A stretch of DNA of 64,000 nt, taken from contig CAXHJY010001338.1 of NCBI GenBank assembly GCA_964016885.1, forward strand, positions 30,230 to 94,229, written 5' to 3'. Of the stretch, positions 13,535 through 26,704 are shown one piece after another; position 1 is the stretch's first letter; each line of letters starts with the position of its first letter. Origin of the DNA: Eledone cirrhosa. Its lineage: Eukaryota. A program made the translations under genes and the position numbers. Under the pieces are notes generated by a model that was not told where the DNA came from, did no database searches, and saw only the letters and a list, made by a program, of their open reading frames with translations.

Positions 13535-13635
13535 TCTACCTGAGCAAAAATGTCGGCACTTCCGGTTTGGGAATATTCCATTTCCTGTGTCACGTGACTC
13601 GTAAATGGTTTCTCGAAAATGCGTTCACGCGAGAT
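13535..13635 (-). promoter_or_regulatory. Candidate housekeeping-type Pol II promoter / short first exon
   Basis: Within 100 bp: ETS-type CACTTCCGGT (13557), E-box GTCACGTGAC (13589), TCACGCGAGA (one mismatch from TCTCGCGAGA). CpG retained. Minus-strand CAG|GTAGAT donor-like site at 13540/13539. Confidence 0.5.
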
Positions 13636-13642
13636 ATATACA

Positions 13643-13800
13643 TTGTTGTTGGTTGTGGTTGTTGTTGGTGTTGTTGTTGTTGTGGTTTTCGCTGTAGTTG
13701 CTATTGTTGTTGTGGTTGTTGCTGTTGTTGTTGTTGTTGTTGTGGTTTTTGTTGTTGTTCTGGTTTTCGATGTTGTTGTTGTGTTTGTTGCTGTTGTTGA
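13643..13800. repeat. (GTT)n microsatellite
   Basis: Direct inspection. Confidence 0.9.
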
Positions 13801-13865
13801 GAACGCTCGGACAAGATTGGTGTAGAAATATTTAGGTGTGTATATATATATATATATGGAGGCAC

Positions 13866-15388
13866 ATGCCTTTGACAGAGTTCCACGTGCAGTAATCTGG
13901 TGGGCTCTTAGAAAACTAGGAGTAGATGAATGGCTTGTGAAAGCGGTACAAGCCATGTATAGGGGAGCAGTCAGCAAAGTTAGGATTGGCAATGAGTATA
14001 GCGAGGAATTTAGCGTACAGGTTGGGGTCCACCAGGGCTCTGTTCTTAGCCCTCTCCTGTTCATCATAGTCCTGCAGGCAATAACGGAGGAGTTTAAGAC
14101 CGGATGCCCATGGGAACTCCTGTATGCTGATGACCTCGCACTCATAGCTGAATCTATGGTAGAACTAGAGAATAAATTCCAAACCTGGAAGCAGGGACTA
14201 GAGAGAAAGGGCCTCAAAGTCAACATGACAAAGACTAAGGTCCTTATTAGTAGACGAGAAAACAGAACCCAGATCCCCTCAGGGAAATGGCCTTGCTCAG
14301 TATGTAGGAAAGGTGTAGGTAGGAACTCCATTCTTTGCCCCAAATGCAAACAATGGGTACACAAGAGATGTAGCGGGATCTCAGGAAGCTTAATTAAGAA
14401 TGTAGGATTCACATGCAGCAGCTGTGCTGAAACAGCAAGCAAACAGCCACAGGAAACAAGTACCACCAATCTCTGGGAGGGCCCTGTAGAAACAGTAGAC
14501 AGCTTCTGCTACCTAGGTGACCGAATTAGCAACGGAGGTGGGTGCTCAGAAAGTACAATAACTAGGGTAAGAACGGGATGGAAGAAGTTTAGGGAACTAC
14601 TACCACTGCTAGCTGCAAAAGGCTTCTCCCTCAGAATGAAAGGCAGACTGTATGATGCGTGTATCCGAACAGCGATGTTGCATGGTAGTGAGACCTGGGC
14701 GCTGAAGGTGGAAGACTTACGTAGATTAGAGAGAAACGAAGCCTGCATGCTCCGATGGATGTGTAACAGTAATATACGTGAACGACAAAGCATAAATGAA
14801 TTGAGAGAGAGACTGAGCATAAGAGGAATCAAATGCTGCGTGCAGGAGAGGCGGTTACGCTGGTATGGACATGTGATGCGTATGAAGGATGACAGCTGCA
14901 TAAAAAGGTGCAGAGCACTAGAAGTTGATGGAAACCGCGGAGTGGGGAGACCCAAGATGACTTGGGATGAGGTGATAAAAGCCGACCTTACCCAACTACA
15001 CCTCTCAAAGTCAATGACACACGACCGTGACTTCTGGCGTCACGCAGTAATACAGGGTACCCGACCTCCCATGGGTACATGCTGAAGCATATAAACAATA
15101 TGCCCCCCCCCCCCCACCGCAAGGTGGTCGTGGAGGTGCCACGGAAAAAAGCACCCAGCCCACACTGTAAAGTGGACGTGTAGGCGCCACGAAAAAGCAC
15201 CCAGCACTCACTGTAAATGAGGTTGGTGTTAGGAAGGGCATCCAGCTGTAGAAATCAAGCCAGATCAGTTCCTGTATGAGCAAGGCATGGTCAGCCGACC
15301 AGACACTGCCCACAACAGGACAACCCGTCTAACCCATGCTAGCGTGGAAGAACGGACGTAAAACGGTGATGATGATGATGATGATGAT
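13866..15388 (+). mobile_element. 5'-truncated RTE-clade LINE; ORF remnant uninterrupted to the stop at 15085
   Basis: About 406 codons from AFDRVP through GVHQGSVLSPLLF, LLYADDL, Cys/His finger, FCYLGD, RRLRWYGHV, GRPKMTW. 3' UTR with ttaggaagggcatccagc and (GAT)n tail, like the 1.5-kb copy. Confidence 0.95.
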
Positions 15389-16017
15389 GGCTTAGTGGTT
15401 AGAGCATTGGCCTTGCAATCGAAAGGTTGTGAGTTCAATTCTCAGACCGAGTGATGTGTTGTTTCCTTGAGCAAGACACTTTATTTCACATTGCTCCAGT
15501 TTACTCAGCTGTAGAAATGAGATGATAGGGGCTGGGGTCCCTATCATTCCACTGCAAAGTGGTCGTGGAGGTGCCACGGCAAAAAAGCACCCAGCACTCA
15601 CTGTAAAGTGGTCGTGGAGGTGCCACAGCAAAAATCACCCAGCACTCACTGTAAAGTGGTCGTGGAGGTGCCACTGCAAAAAAGCACCCAGCACTCACTG
15701 CAAAGTGGTCATGGAGGTGCCACTGCAAAAAAGCACCCAGCACTCACTGTAAAGTGGACGTGGATGTGCCACTGCAAAAAAGCACCCAGCACTCACTGTA
15801 AAGTGGTCGTGGAGGTTCCACGGCAAAAATCACCCAGCACTCACTGCAAAGTGGTCGTGGAGGTGCCACGGCAAAAAAGCACCCAGCACTCACTGTAAAT
15901 GAGGTTGGTGTTAGGAAGGGCATCCAGCTGTAGAAATCAAGCCAGAATCAGTTCCCGTCCCACCCTTGCAAGCAGGGAAAAGGGGACGTACAATGAAATG
16001 ATGAAAAATGATGATGA
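15388..16017 (+). mobile_element. tRNA-derived SINE with conserved central core and RTE-derived 3' tail
   Basis: A box tggcttagtggttag and B box gagttcaattc, then ccttgagcaagacacttt (SINE core-like). The tail matches the adjacent RTE 3' UTR and ends in (GAT)n. Confidence 0.75.
15556..15899 (+). repeat. ~49-50-bp tandem repeat x7 within the SINE tail
   Basis: Unit aagtggtcgtggaggtgccacggcaaaaaagcacccagcactcactgta. About 2 copies occur in the RTE UTR at 15121-15217. Confidence 0.9.
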
Positions 16018-16157
16018 TATATATGAAGAGGTTATATTTAATTTGTTGGGATACAACAACCAAAATATTTTTATAACTGATATAAAGCACTCAACAAATT
16101 ATTGGAGTATATATACAATATATTAACAAATGGAAACTATATTTATAAAACCATATT

Positions 16158-16223
16158 TATTTAATTATACATATTTCAAGGGCCACCAGAGCAAACTATG
16201 GTGCGCTTTCATCAGATAAAATA
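16158..16223 (-). ncRNA. Type I hammerhead ribozyme motif
   Basis: Reverse complement of 16352-16417 with one stem I mismatch. Confidence 0.75.
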
Positions 16224-16351
16224 TAATATATGTTAGTTTTATAAATAAATGTTGACATACCCTTAAAAAATGGAACCATTCTGGTTGGAATCTCCTGATG
16301 GTTGCATTTTTTAAGGGTATGGGAACATTTATTTATAACTAACCTATATTA

Positions 16352-16417
16352 TATTTTATCTGATGAAAGCGCACCATAGTTTGCTCTGGTGGCCCTTGAA
16401 ATATGTATAATGAAATA
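16352..16417 (+). ncRNA. Type I hammerhead ribozyme motif
   Basis: tattttat ctgatga aagcgcacca-tagtttgctc-tggtggccctt gaaa tatgta ta atgaaata. Confidence 0.8.
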
Positions 16418-16467
16418 AATATGGTTTTATAAATATAGTTTCCATTTGTTAATATATTGTATATATA

Positions 16468-16918
16468 TATTGTTATACTTTGGGAGGGTCATGTTGCCAA
16501 TAAGAAACACACGCACCAGTTGCTTTCACTTCAATTTATTATATATTTATAAATTTATAAATTTACAAATCTACAAACTTATACATTTCTGGTTGGTTGG
16601 TTGGTTGGTTCCACAACCAGATAGTTGTTTATATATAGTCATAGTCCTTTCGTCACACACTCTGTGACCTCTTCAGTGACTGGGGATTCCTTTCTTTGTT
16701 TCTCTGCCTTTCCTTTCTTCTGTCCTACGCCATTTTGTTTCTGTGTGTGTGTTGTGTGCTCAGTTTGCGCATGCGCCACATCCGGGTGTCTGTGTGTGTT
16801 TGTGTTCATTTATCTATTTGTTTATTTATTTACATGTTGGTTGGTTGTTTGTATAACAATATCGGTTTCAACACACGATTTCAGATAAAGAATCTTGCTA
16901 AACAAATTCAGAAACGAA

Positions 16919-16920
<2 letters not shown>
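16468..16920 (-). mobile_element. PLE-like interspersed element, rearranged relative to the copy at 50145-50535
   Basis: 16468-16813 is highly similar to 50200-50533. 16851-16917 is the reverse complement of 50143-50210. Confidence 0.8.
16637..16681 (-). ncRNA. Minimal type I hammerhead ribozyme motif
   Basis: Minus strand: AGUCA CUGAAGA g GUCAC-agagugu-GUGAC GAAA GgaC UA UGACU. Confidence 0.8.
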
Positions 16921-16967
<47 letters not shown>

Positions 16968-16984
16968 CATATATAATATATATA

Positions 16985-17282
16985 TCTAGGGAGTCTAACT
17001 TGGAGTTACTGCAGGTTCACCCAGGTGAGCACTCGATGTTTAGGTTCACTTCAGTGTTGAGGTGTAGAGCTGAACAGAGTGTCATATATTGAAAGGATAA
17101 CAAGGACGATTGGTTACTCCTTCATTACATTTATTGATACGTGACATGTGTTTCACCACTGATCAGCTCAAGGTTTGATCTGTATCGATCTTACCCGACT
17201 CAATGATCGGCAGCTCAACGGACCCTTTCTACTAGCATTTTAAAGGGTCCGTTGAGCTTTCATTTTCATATAGCATTTTAAA
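16985..17282 (-). mobile_element. Probable PLE 3' fragment with hammerhead 3' half and a local hairpin
   Basis: Minus strand GAAACACAUGUC ACGU at 17139-17154. Inverted repeat agctcaacggaccctt/aagggtccgttgagct at 17212-17258. Confidence 0.45.
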
Positions 17283-17965
17283 GTGGTGGTGGTGGTGGTG
17301 GTGGTGGAGGTGTTGGTTGTGGTTGTGGTGGTGGAGGTGTTGGTTGTGGTGGTTGTGGTGGTGGAGGTGGTGTTGTTGGTATTTGTGTTGGTGGTGTTGG
17401 TTGTGGTGGTGGAGGTGGTGGTGGAGGTGTTGGTATTTGTGTTGGTGGTGGTGGTGTTGCTTGTGGTGGTGGAGGTGGTGGTGGAGGTGTTGTTGGTATT
17501 TGTGTTGGTGGTGGTGGTGTTGGTGGTGGTGGTGGAGGTGTTGTTGGTACTTGTGTTGGTGTTGGTAGTGGCGGTAGTGGAGGTGTTGGTTGTGGTTTTG
17601 TTGGTGTTGGTGGTGTCGTTGTTGTTGGCGGTGTTTGTGATTATACTGTTGTTGGTGGTGGTGGCAGTGGTAGTGGTGTCAGTGGTGGTGGCAGTGGTAG
17701 TGGTGTCAGTGGTAGTGGTGGTGGCAGTGGTAGTGGTGTCAGTGGTGGTGGTGGTGGCAGTGGTAGTGGTGTCAGTGGTGGTGGTGGTGGCAGTGGTACT
17801 GGTGTCAGTGGTAGTGGTGGTGGCAGTGGTAGTGGTGGTGTCAGTGGTGGTGGTGATGGCAGTGGTAGTGGTGGTGGCAGTGGTAGTGGTGTCAGTGGTA
17901 GTGGTGATGGTAGTGGTGGCAGTGGTAGTGGTGGTGGCAGTGGCACTGGTGTCAGTGGTTGTGGA
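17283..17965. repeat. (GGT)n-derived compound micro/minisatellite
   Basis: Direct inspection. Confidence 0.9.
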
Positions 17966-17979
17966 ATGAAGAGCTTACC

Positions 17980-18935
17980 AAACCTTATATCAATGTTAAA
18001 ATGTGTTTTTACTAAAGTATCATTCATGTTAAAGTTAAAATATGGTTTTTACTAAAAATATAAATGTATGTTTTATAATGTCCCTTACATCACTGTTAAA
18101 ATGTCACTTTACTAAAATATACAACTATATGTCCCTTGTGTCATTGTTAAAATGAGTTATTTTTTTAATGATTCAACTGAAATGTATATTTATATGTTGC
18201 TTATATCAATGTTAAAAGTGAAAGTTTTATCTGTCACTTATGTCAATGATAAAAAGTGGTTTTACTAATCTGTATGATGAGGGGTTTATCTGTCATTTAT
18301 GTCAATGATAAAAGGAAATTTTACTAAATTATACAAACGAAAGATTTCTATGTCGCTTATGTCAATGTTAAAATGAGTTTTCATTAAACTTGAGAGTTGA
18401 AAGTTTTGTCTACGCCACTTATGTCAATGTTAAAAAGTAATTTACTAAACTGTGCAAGTGAAAAGTTCCTACGCCACTTATGTCAATGTTAAAAAGTAAT
18501 TTTACTAAACTGTACAAAAGAAAAATGTATATGCCACTTATGTCAATGTTAAAATTAGTTTGTTTTTTTAAAATTATACGAGGGGTCTTCTATATTGCTT
18601 ATGTCAATGTTAAAATGAGTTTCCATTAAACTAGAGAGTTTAAAATTTTTTTCTACGTCACTTATGTCAATGTTAAAAAGTAAATTTACTAAACTGTACT
18701 AAAGAAAAGTTTATATGCCACTTATGACAATGTTAAAATGAGTTTAAAAAAAAAAAATTATACGAGGGGTCTTCTATGTTGCTTATGTCAATGTTAAAAT
18801 GAGTTTTTATTAAACTAGAGTTGAAAAATCTCTCTTCACCACTTATGTCAATGTTAAAATGTAGTGCTACTAAACTTCACATATGAAAGATTTTCTATGT
18901 CCCTTATGTCAATGTGAAAATGTCATTCTACTTTA
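17980..18935. repeat. Diverged ~60-bp AT-rich minisatellite
   Basis: Core cttatgtcaatgttaaaa recurs about every 60 bp, roughly 15 times. Confidence 0.85.
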
Positions 18936-18999
18936 CAGTTCGGCCATTTTCTTTCCTCAACAACTTTCACACTCAGCCATTTTATATTATACGCTGTCG

Positions 19000-19945
<946 letters not shown>

Positions 19946-20019
19946 TAATACACCCGTGTGTTGTTTGAAATGTTGCCAAAATGGCATTGGGTTAGCTTTT
20001 CTTGCTTTTCTGCTCTGTT

Positions 20020-21478
20020 GTTCACCCCTCTCTCTACCTTTCTACCTCTTCTCTTACCCCCCTCTCTCTTTTTCACTCTCTCTCTTACTCTCACTCTGTC
20101 CCTAGCTCTACCTTTGTACACACTCTCTTACTCCCTCTCTCACTTTCACTCGCTCTTTTTCACTCTCTCTCTTACTCTCACTCTGTCCCTCTCTCTACCT
20201 TTGTACACACTCTCTTACTCCCTCTCTCACTTTCACTCTCTCTTTTTCACTCTCTCTCTTACTCTCACTCTGTTCCTCTCTCTACCTTTGTACACACTCT
20301 CTTACTCCCTCTCTCACTTTCACTCGCTCTTTTTCACTCTCTCTCTTACTCTCACTCTGTCCCTCTCTCTACCTTTGTACCTTTTCTCTTACCCCCTCTT
20401 TCACTCTTTCCCGCTCTCTCTCACCCCCTCACTCCCGCTCTCTCTCACCCCCTCACTTCCGCTCTCTCTCACACCCTCACTCCCGCGCTCTCTCACACCC
20501 TCACTCCCGCGCTCTCTCACCCCTCACTCCCCCCTCTCTCTCTCTTTCACTCTTTCACTCTTTCCCTCTCTCTCTTTCACTCTCTCTCTTTATAAACTCT
20601 TTCTCACTTTTTGTACACTCTCTCCACCTTTGTTTCCCATCTCTTATCCCCCTCTCTCACTCTCTCTTACTCACTCTCTCTTACTCTCACTCTCTCTTAC
20701 TCTCACTCTCTTACTCACTCTCTCTTACTCACTCTCTCTTACTCACTCTTTCTCACTCTTTCCCTCTCACGCTATCCCTCTTTCCCTCTCTCGCTATCCC
20801 TCTTTCCCTCTCTCGCTATCCCTCTTTCCCTCTCTCGCTATCCCTCTTTCCCTCTCTCGCTATCCCTCTTTCCCTCTCTCGCTATCCCTCTTTCCCTCTC
20901 TCGCTATCCCTCTCTTTCTCTTTCCCTCTCTCGCTCTTTCCCTGTCTCTCTCTATCCCTCTCTCTCTCTATCCCTCTCTCTCTCTTTTCCCCCTCTCTCT
21001 CTCTTTCCCTCTCTCTCACTATTTCCCTCTCTCTATTTCCCTCTCTCTTTCCCTCTCTCTCACTATTTCCCTCTCTCTTTCCCTCTCTCTCTCACTATTT
21101 CCCTCTCTCTTTCCCTCTCTCTCTCACTATTTCCCTCTCTCTCTCTTTCCCCCTCTCTTTCCTTCTCTCTCTCTCTACCTTTGTAACATCTCTCTCGCCC
21201 TCTCTCTCTCTTTGTACCTTCACTCTCACACTTTCTCTCTCTTTGTCATTCTAACTTCTTTTCTCTCTCTCTCTCTACCATTCCTGCCCTTTTAACTCTT
21301 TCTCTCTCTCTCTTTCTCTCTTTCTCTCTCTCTCTCTTTCTCTCTATCCTCTCTTCACTACCTCTCACCTTTCTCTCCCCACTCTATCTATCTTTCCACC
21401 TTACCACTCTCACCTTTCCACCTCTCTCTCTACTTCTCTCTATCTATCTCTCTCTGTCTGTCCGTCTGTCTCACTTTC
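20020..21478. repeat. Polypyrimidine (CT-rich) tract with ~88-bp and 23-bp subrepeats
   Basis: acctttgtac recurs at ~20110, 20197, 20285 and 20371; cgctatccctctttccctctct runs in tandem at 20770-20910. Confidence 0.9.
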
Positions 21479-21509
21479 ATTGTATTCTAAACTTAAGTTA
21501 CCACCTGTC

Positions 21510-24335
21510 TTAACAACACCACCACCAATACTACACCACCAATACTACACCACCACCACTACACCAACAATACTCCACCACACCACCACTACACCACCAA
21601 TACTACACCACCACCACACCACCACACCACTACTACACCACCACCATCGCCATCACAGAACTATGCCACCCACTACACCACCACCCCTACTCCACCTCAC
21701 CACCACACCACTACTACACCACCACCATCGCCATCACAGAACTATGCCACCCACTACACCACCACCACTACTGCACCACACCACCACCACTGCACTTCCA
21801 CTACAACACCACCACACCTACACCACTACTACACAACATCACCACCACTACACTACTACACCACCTCTACACCACCTCTACACTATTACACCACCACTAC
21901 AACACTACCTCTACACTACTACACCACCAACACTACACTACAACACCACCACTACAACACTACCTCTACACTACTACACCACCACCACTACACTACTACA
22001 CCACCACCACTACACTACTACACCACCACTACAACACTACCACTACTACACCACCACTACAACACTACCACTACTACACCACCACTACAACACTACCACT
22101 ACTACACCACCACTACACCACTACCTCTACACTACTACACCACCAACACTACACTACTACACCACCACTGCAACACCAACTCTACACCACCTCTACACTA
22201 CTACACCACTACACCACCAACACTACACTACTACACCACCTACACTACTACACCACCACCTCTACACTACTACACCACCACCTCTACACTACTACACCAC
22301 CACCACTACACTACAACACCACCTCTACACTACTACACCACCACCACTACACTACTACACCAACACCACTACACTAGTACACCACCACTACAACACCAAC
22401 TCTACACCGCCACTACTACACTACCACTACTACACCACTACAACACCACCTCTACTACACCACTACAACACCACCACTACCACTGTCTCACCTACATTAC
22501 CTTTACGTTAGCACTACATGACCACCACCACCACCCCCGCCACTACACAACCATGCCATCCACTACACCACCATCCACCCCATCTCTTCACCATCTACTA
22601 CACACCACCACCGCTACTATCACCTCTACACCACCACTATGCGACCACTACACCATTCTTCCCACCACCATACTACCACCCACACTGTACTGCGATCAGC
22701 AACACCACACCACCATCCTGCACATAGATACACCCAACACGACACCACCACGCCACATTACAACAGACACCACACCACACACACCACCACTACCACCACA
22801 CCACACCGTACACCCCACAAAAACCACAGCACCACCACCACGCCACACCACCACCATCACACACATCACCACGCCACACCACCACCACACACACCACCAT
22901 CACACACATCACCACCATCACACACATCACCACGCCACACCACCACCGCACAAACCACCACGCCGCACAAACCACCACGCCACACACACCACCATGCCAC
23001 ACCACCACGCCACCACCACCACACCACCACCACAACACACACCACCACCACAACACACACCACCACGCCACACACACCACCACGCCACACCACCACGCCA
23101 CACCTCCACGCCACCACCACCACACCACCACCACGCCACACACCACCACCACAACACACACCACCACGCCACACATACCACCACGCCTCACACATCACCA
23201 CGCCACACCACAACCACGCCACGCCACACCACCACCACAACACACACACCACCACCACAACACACACCACCACTACCACCACCACCACGCCACACCACCA
23301 CCACTACCACCACCACCACCACAGTGTCACTAACACCATACCGCCACATATACCACCCCACCACACTATCACATACACCACACCACCACGACACCACCGC
23401 CACACCACCACCACGACACCACCGCCACACCACCACCTCACCACCACCACCACAGCACATCAGTCCACCTCCACTATACTAAACCACACAACACCACATC
23501 AGTCCACCACCACCACGACACCACCGCCACACCACCACCACACCACCACCACCACAGCACATCAGTCCACCTCCACTATACTAGACCACACCACACCACA
23601 TCAGTCCACCACCACGACACCACCACCTCACCACACCACACTACATCATCACACCACCACAACACACCACCACCCCACCACACCATCACCACACCACGCC
23701 ACTCTACACCACACCACCACCACACCACCACAACACACCACCACCACACCACGCCACACTACACCCCCACCACCACCACCACACCACGCCACACTACACC
23801 ACACCACCACCACACCACCACCACACCACCACAACACACCACCGCCCCCACCACACCACCACCACACCACCACAACACACCACCGCCCCACCACACCACC
23901 ACCACTACACCACACCGCACTACACCACATCACCACCACACCACCGCAACACACCACCACCCCACCACACCACCACCACACCACCACCACACTACACCAC
24001 ACCACCACCACACCACCACAACACACCACATCACCACCACACCACCACAACACACCACCCCACCACACCACCACCACACCACCACCACACTACACCACAC
24101 CACCACCACACCACCACAACACACCACCACCCCACCACACCACCACCACCACACCACCACACCACCACCACACCACGCCACACTACACCACACCACCACC
24201 ACACTACACCACACCACCACCACACCACCACAACACACAGCCACCCCACCACCACTACACCCCACCACCCCACCACCACCACCACACCACCACAACACCC
24301 CACCCACCACCACACCGCCACCCCACCACACCAAG
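21510..24335. repeat. Degenerate (CAC/CTA)n low-complexity tract
   Basis: Direct inspection. Confidence 0.9.
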
Positions 24336-24439
24336 GCACCATTCTTTGAATCTAAAGTTATTGTTCCTTACTAGTTAAAGTTTTTGGCAAGTTGACCAAA
24401 ATTCTCTTCGTCCTCATTCAGACATGTCCAGTGTGCAAT

Positions 24440-26000
24440 ATGGCGTGGAATGGAATATAGCTGACCATTCCCTGGACTGGTCACTTTGTTTAGGGACTGC
24501 TCGGCCACTTAGATAGTTGACTGGTTGGTTGGATGGTATGCTGGATGGTAAACTGGTTGGATGTGTTTGGTCAGTGGTTTGGTGTGAAATCGAATTAAAC
24601 TGACCATTGCTTTGGACTGGTCACTTTGTTTGCGGACTGCTCGGGCACTTGGATGGTTGGCTGGCTGGTTGGGTGGGTGTTTGGTCAGTGGTAAGGTGTG
24701 GAATGGAATATAGCTGACCATTCCCTGGACTGGTCACTTTGTTTAGGGACTGCTCGGCCACTTAGATAGTTGACTGGTTGGTTGGATGGTAAACTGGTTG
24801 GATGTGTTTGGTCAGTGGTTTGGTGTGAAATCGAATTAAACTGACCATTGCTTTGGACTGGTCACTTTGTTTGCGGACTGCTCGGGCACTTGGATGGTTG
24901 GCTGGCTGGTTGGGTGGGTGTTTGGTCAGTGATAAGGTGTGGAAGGGAATATAGCTGACCATTCCCTGGACTGGTCACTTTGTTTAGGGACTGCTCGGCC
25001 ACTTAGATAGTTGACTGGTTGGTTGGATGGTAAACTGGTTGGATGTGTTTGGTCAGTGGTTTGGTGTGAAATCGAATTAAACTGACCATTGCTTTGGACT
25101 GGTCACTTTGTTTGCGGACTGCTCGGGCACTTGGATGGTTGGCTGGCTGGTTGGGTGGGTGTTTGGTCAGTGATAAGGTGTGGAAGGGAATATAGCTGAC
25201 CATTCCCTGGACTGGTCACTTTGTTTAGGGACTGCTCGGCCACTTAGATAGTTGACTGGTTGGTTGGATGGTAAACTGGTTGGATGTGTTTGGTCAGTGG
25301 TTTGGTGTGAAATCGAAATAAACTGACCATTGCTTTGGACTGGTCACTTTGTTTGCGGACTGCTCGGGCACTTGGATGGTTGGCTGGCTGGTTGGGTGGG
25401 TGTTTGGTCAGTGATAAGGTGTGGAATGGAATATAGCTGACCATTCCCTGGACTGGTCACTTTGTTTAGGGACTGCTCGGACACTTGGATGGTTGGTCAG
25501 CAGGCTATTTGGTTGGATGGTTAGATGGTAGGTTGGATGGCTGGTTGTATAGTTGGCTATGTGTTTGGTCAATGGTATGGTGTGGCATGGAATGAAACTG
25601 ACCATTGCTTGGACTGGTCCCTGTTTAGAGACTGCTCGGGCACTTGGATGGTTAGATGGTAGGCTGGTTGGTTGGATGGTTCGTTGAATAGATGGCTGGG
25701 TGTTTGGTCAGTGGTATGGTGTGGAATGGAGTTTAGACGACTATTGCCTGGACTGGTTACTTTGTTTGGGGTCTGCTCGGACACTTGGATGGTTGGATAG
25801 TTGAGTGGGTGTTTGGTCAGGGGTATGGCGTCGAATAGAATTTAGCTGACCACTGCTTGGACTGGTTACTTTGTTTAAGGACTGCTCGGGCACTTGGATG
25901 GTTGGTCAGCAGGCTGGTTGGTCGATTGGTCAGTGGCATTGAGGTTATCTGTTAATTGTTGGTCAGGAGGCTTGTTCCTTGGATGGTTGGAGTTTTGGAT
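24440..26000. repeat. 241-bp tandem repeat (~4.3 near-identical copies) built of two related subunits, decaying rightward
   Basis: Identical ORF ends at 24721, 24962, 25203 and 25444. Each unit has two ctgaccatt...ggactggtcactttgttt...gactgctcgg blocks. Confidence 0.92.
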
Positions 26001-26184
26001 GGCATGCCTGTGGTACGGTGTGGTTTCAGTGAAATTTGGCTACTATTTTTAGCAGGTCTAGCTACAATGTAGAGGCCTGCCACATTGGATCATATATATA
26101 TACATATATATAAAATCAAGGTCTAGCAAATAGAGATAAAGTTTTAAAATAAATTTTTAAAAGTTCGCTGTACTTACTATATGT

Positions 26185-26268
26185 GCCTATACCGCACGGT
26201 TTCAAATCCCAAAATAAACGGATAATCCAAGCGGATTTCCACTGAGAACGGGACTCTCTTCAGAAGGC
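26185..26268 (-). ncRNA. Type I hammerhead ribozyme motif
   Basis: Minus strand: GCCUu CUGAAGA GAGUCCC...GGGAUUU GAAA CCG-ug-CGG UA uAGGC. GUA triplet; one U/U mismatch in stem I. Confidence 0.7.
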
Positions 26269-26439
26269 TCTTCTCGCTCGGAGAATATAAAATTCCCGAG
26301 TTCAAATCACAAACTGACGCCATACACAAACACGCCGGATGACAGTGAATGAGGAAAGGAACAATCTTGTCTATGTATACATATATTCATTGATACATAC
26401 AAACATACACATACACACATATATATATATATGTATATA

Positions 26440-26495
<56 letters not shown>

Positions 26496-26500
26496 TATAC

Positions 26501-26535
<35 letters not shown>

Positions 26536-26704
26536 ATATACAGAAAAATATATAGATATATATACATATATACACACCCACACACAGACACACACACTCA
26601 CTCATACGCACACATATATATATAAATATATGTGTGTGTGTATGAGTGAGTGTATGTGTCTGGCTTTATATATATATATATATATACATGCGTACATATC
26701 AGTG

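Larger units (their letters stand above)
16020..16467. mobile_element. Palindromic PLE-like element with two outward-facing hammerheads
   Basis: Arms ~16108-16279 and ~16298-16467 are reverse complements. The left arm extends as a tail homologous to 53350-53480. Confidence 0.8.

Noticed and set aside
15388-15460. tRNA gene
   Set aside because: A/B boxes are present but there is no acceptor stem; the sequence continues into a SINE core and LINE tail.
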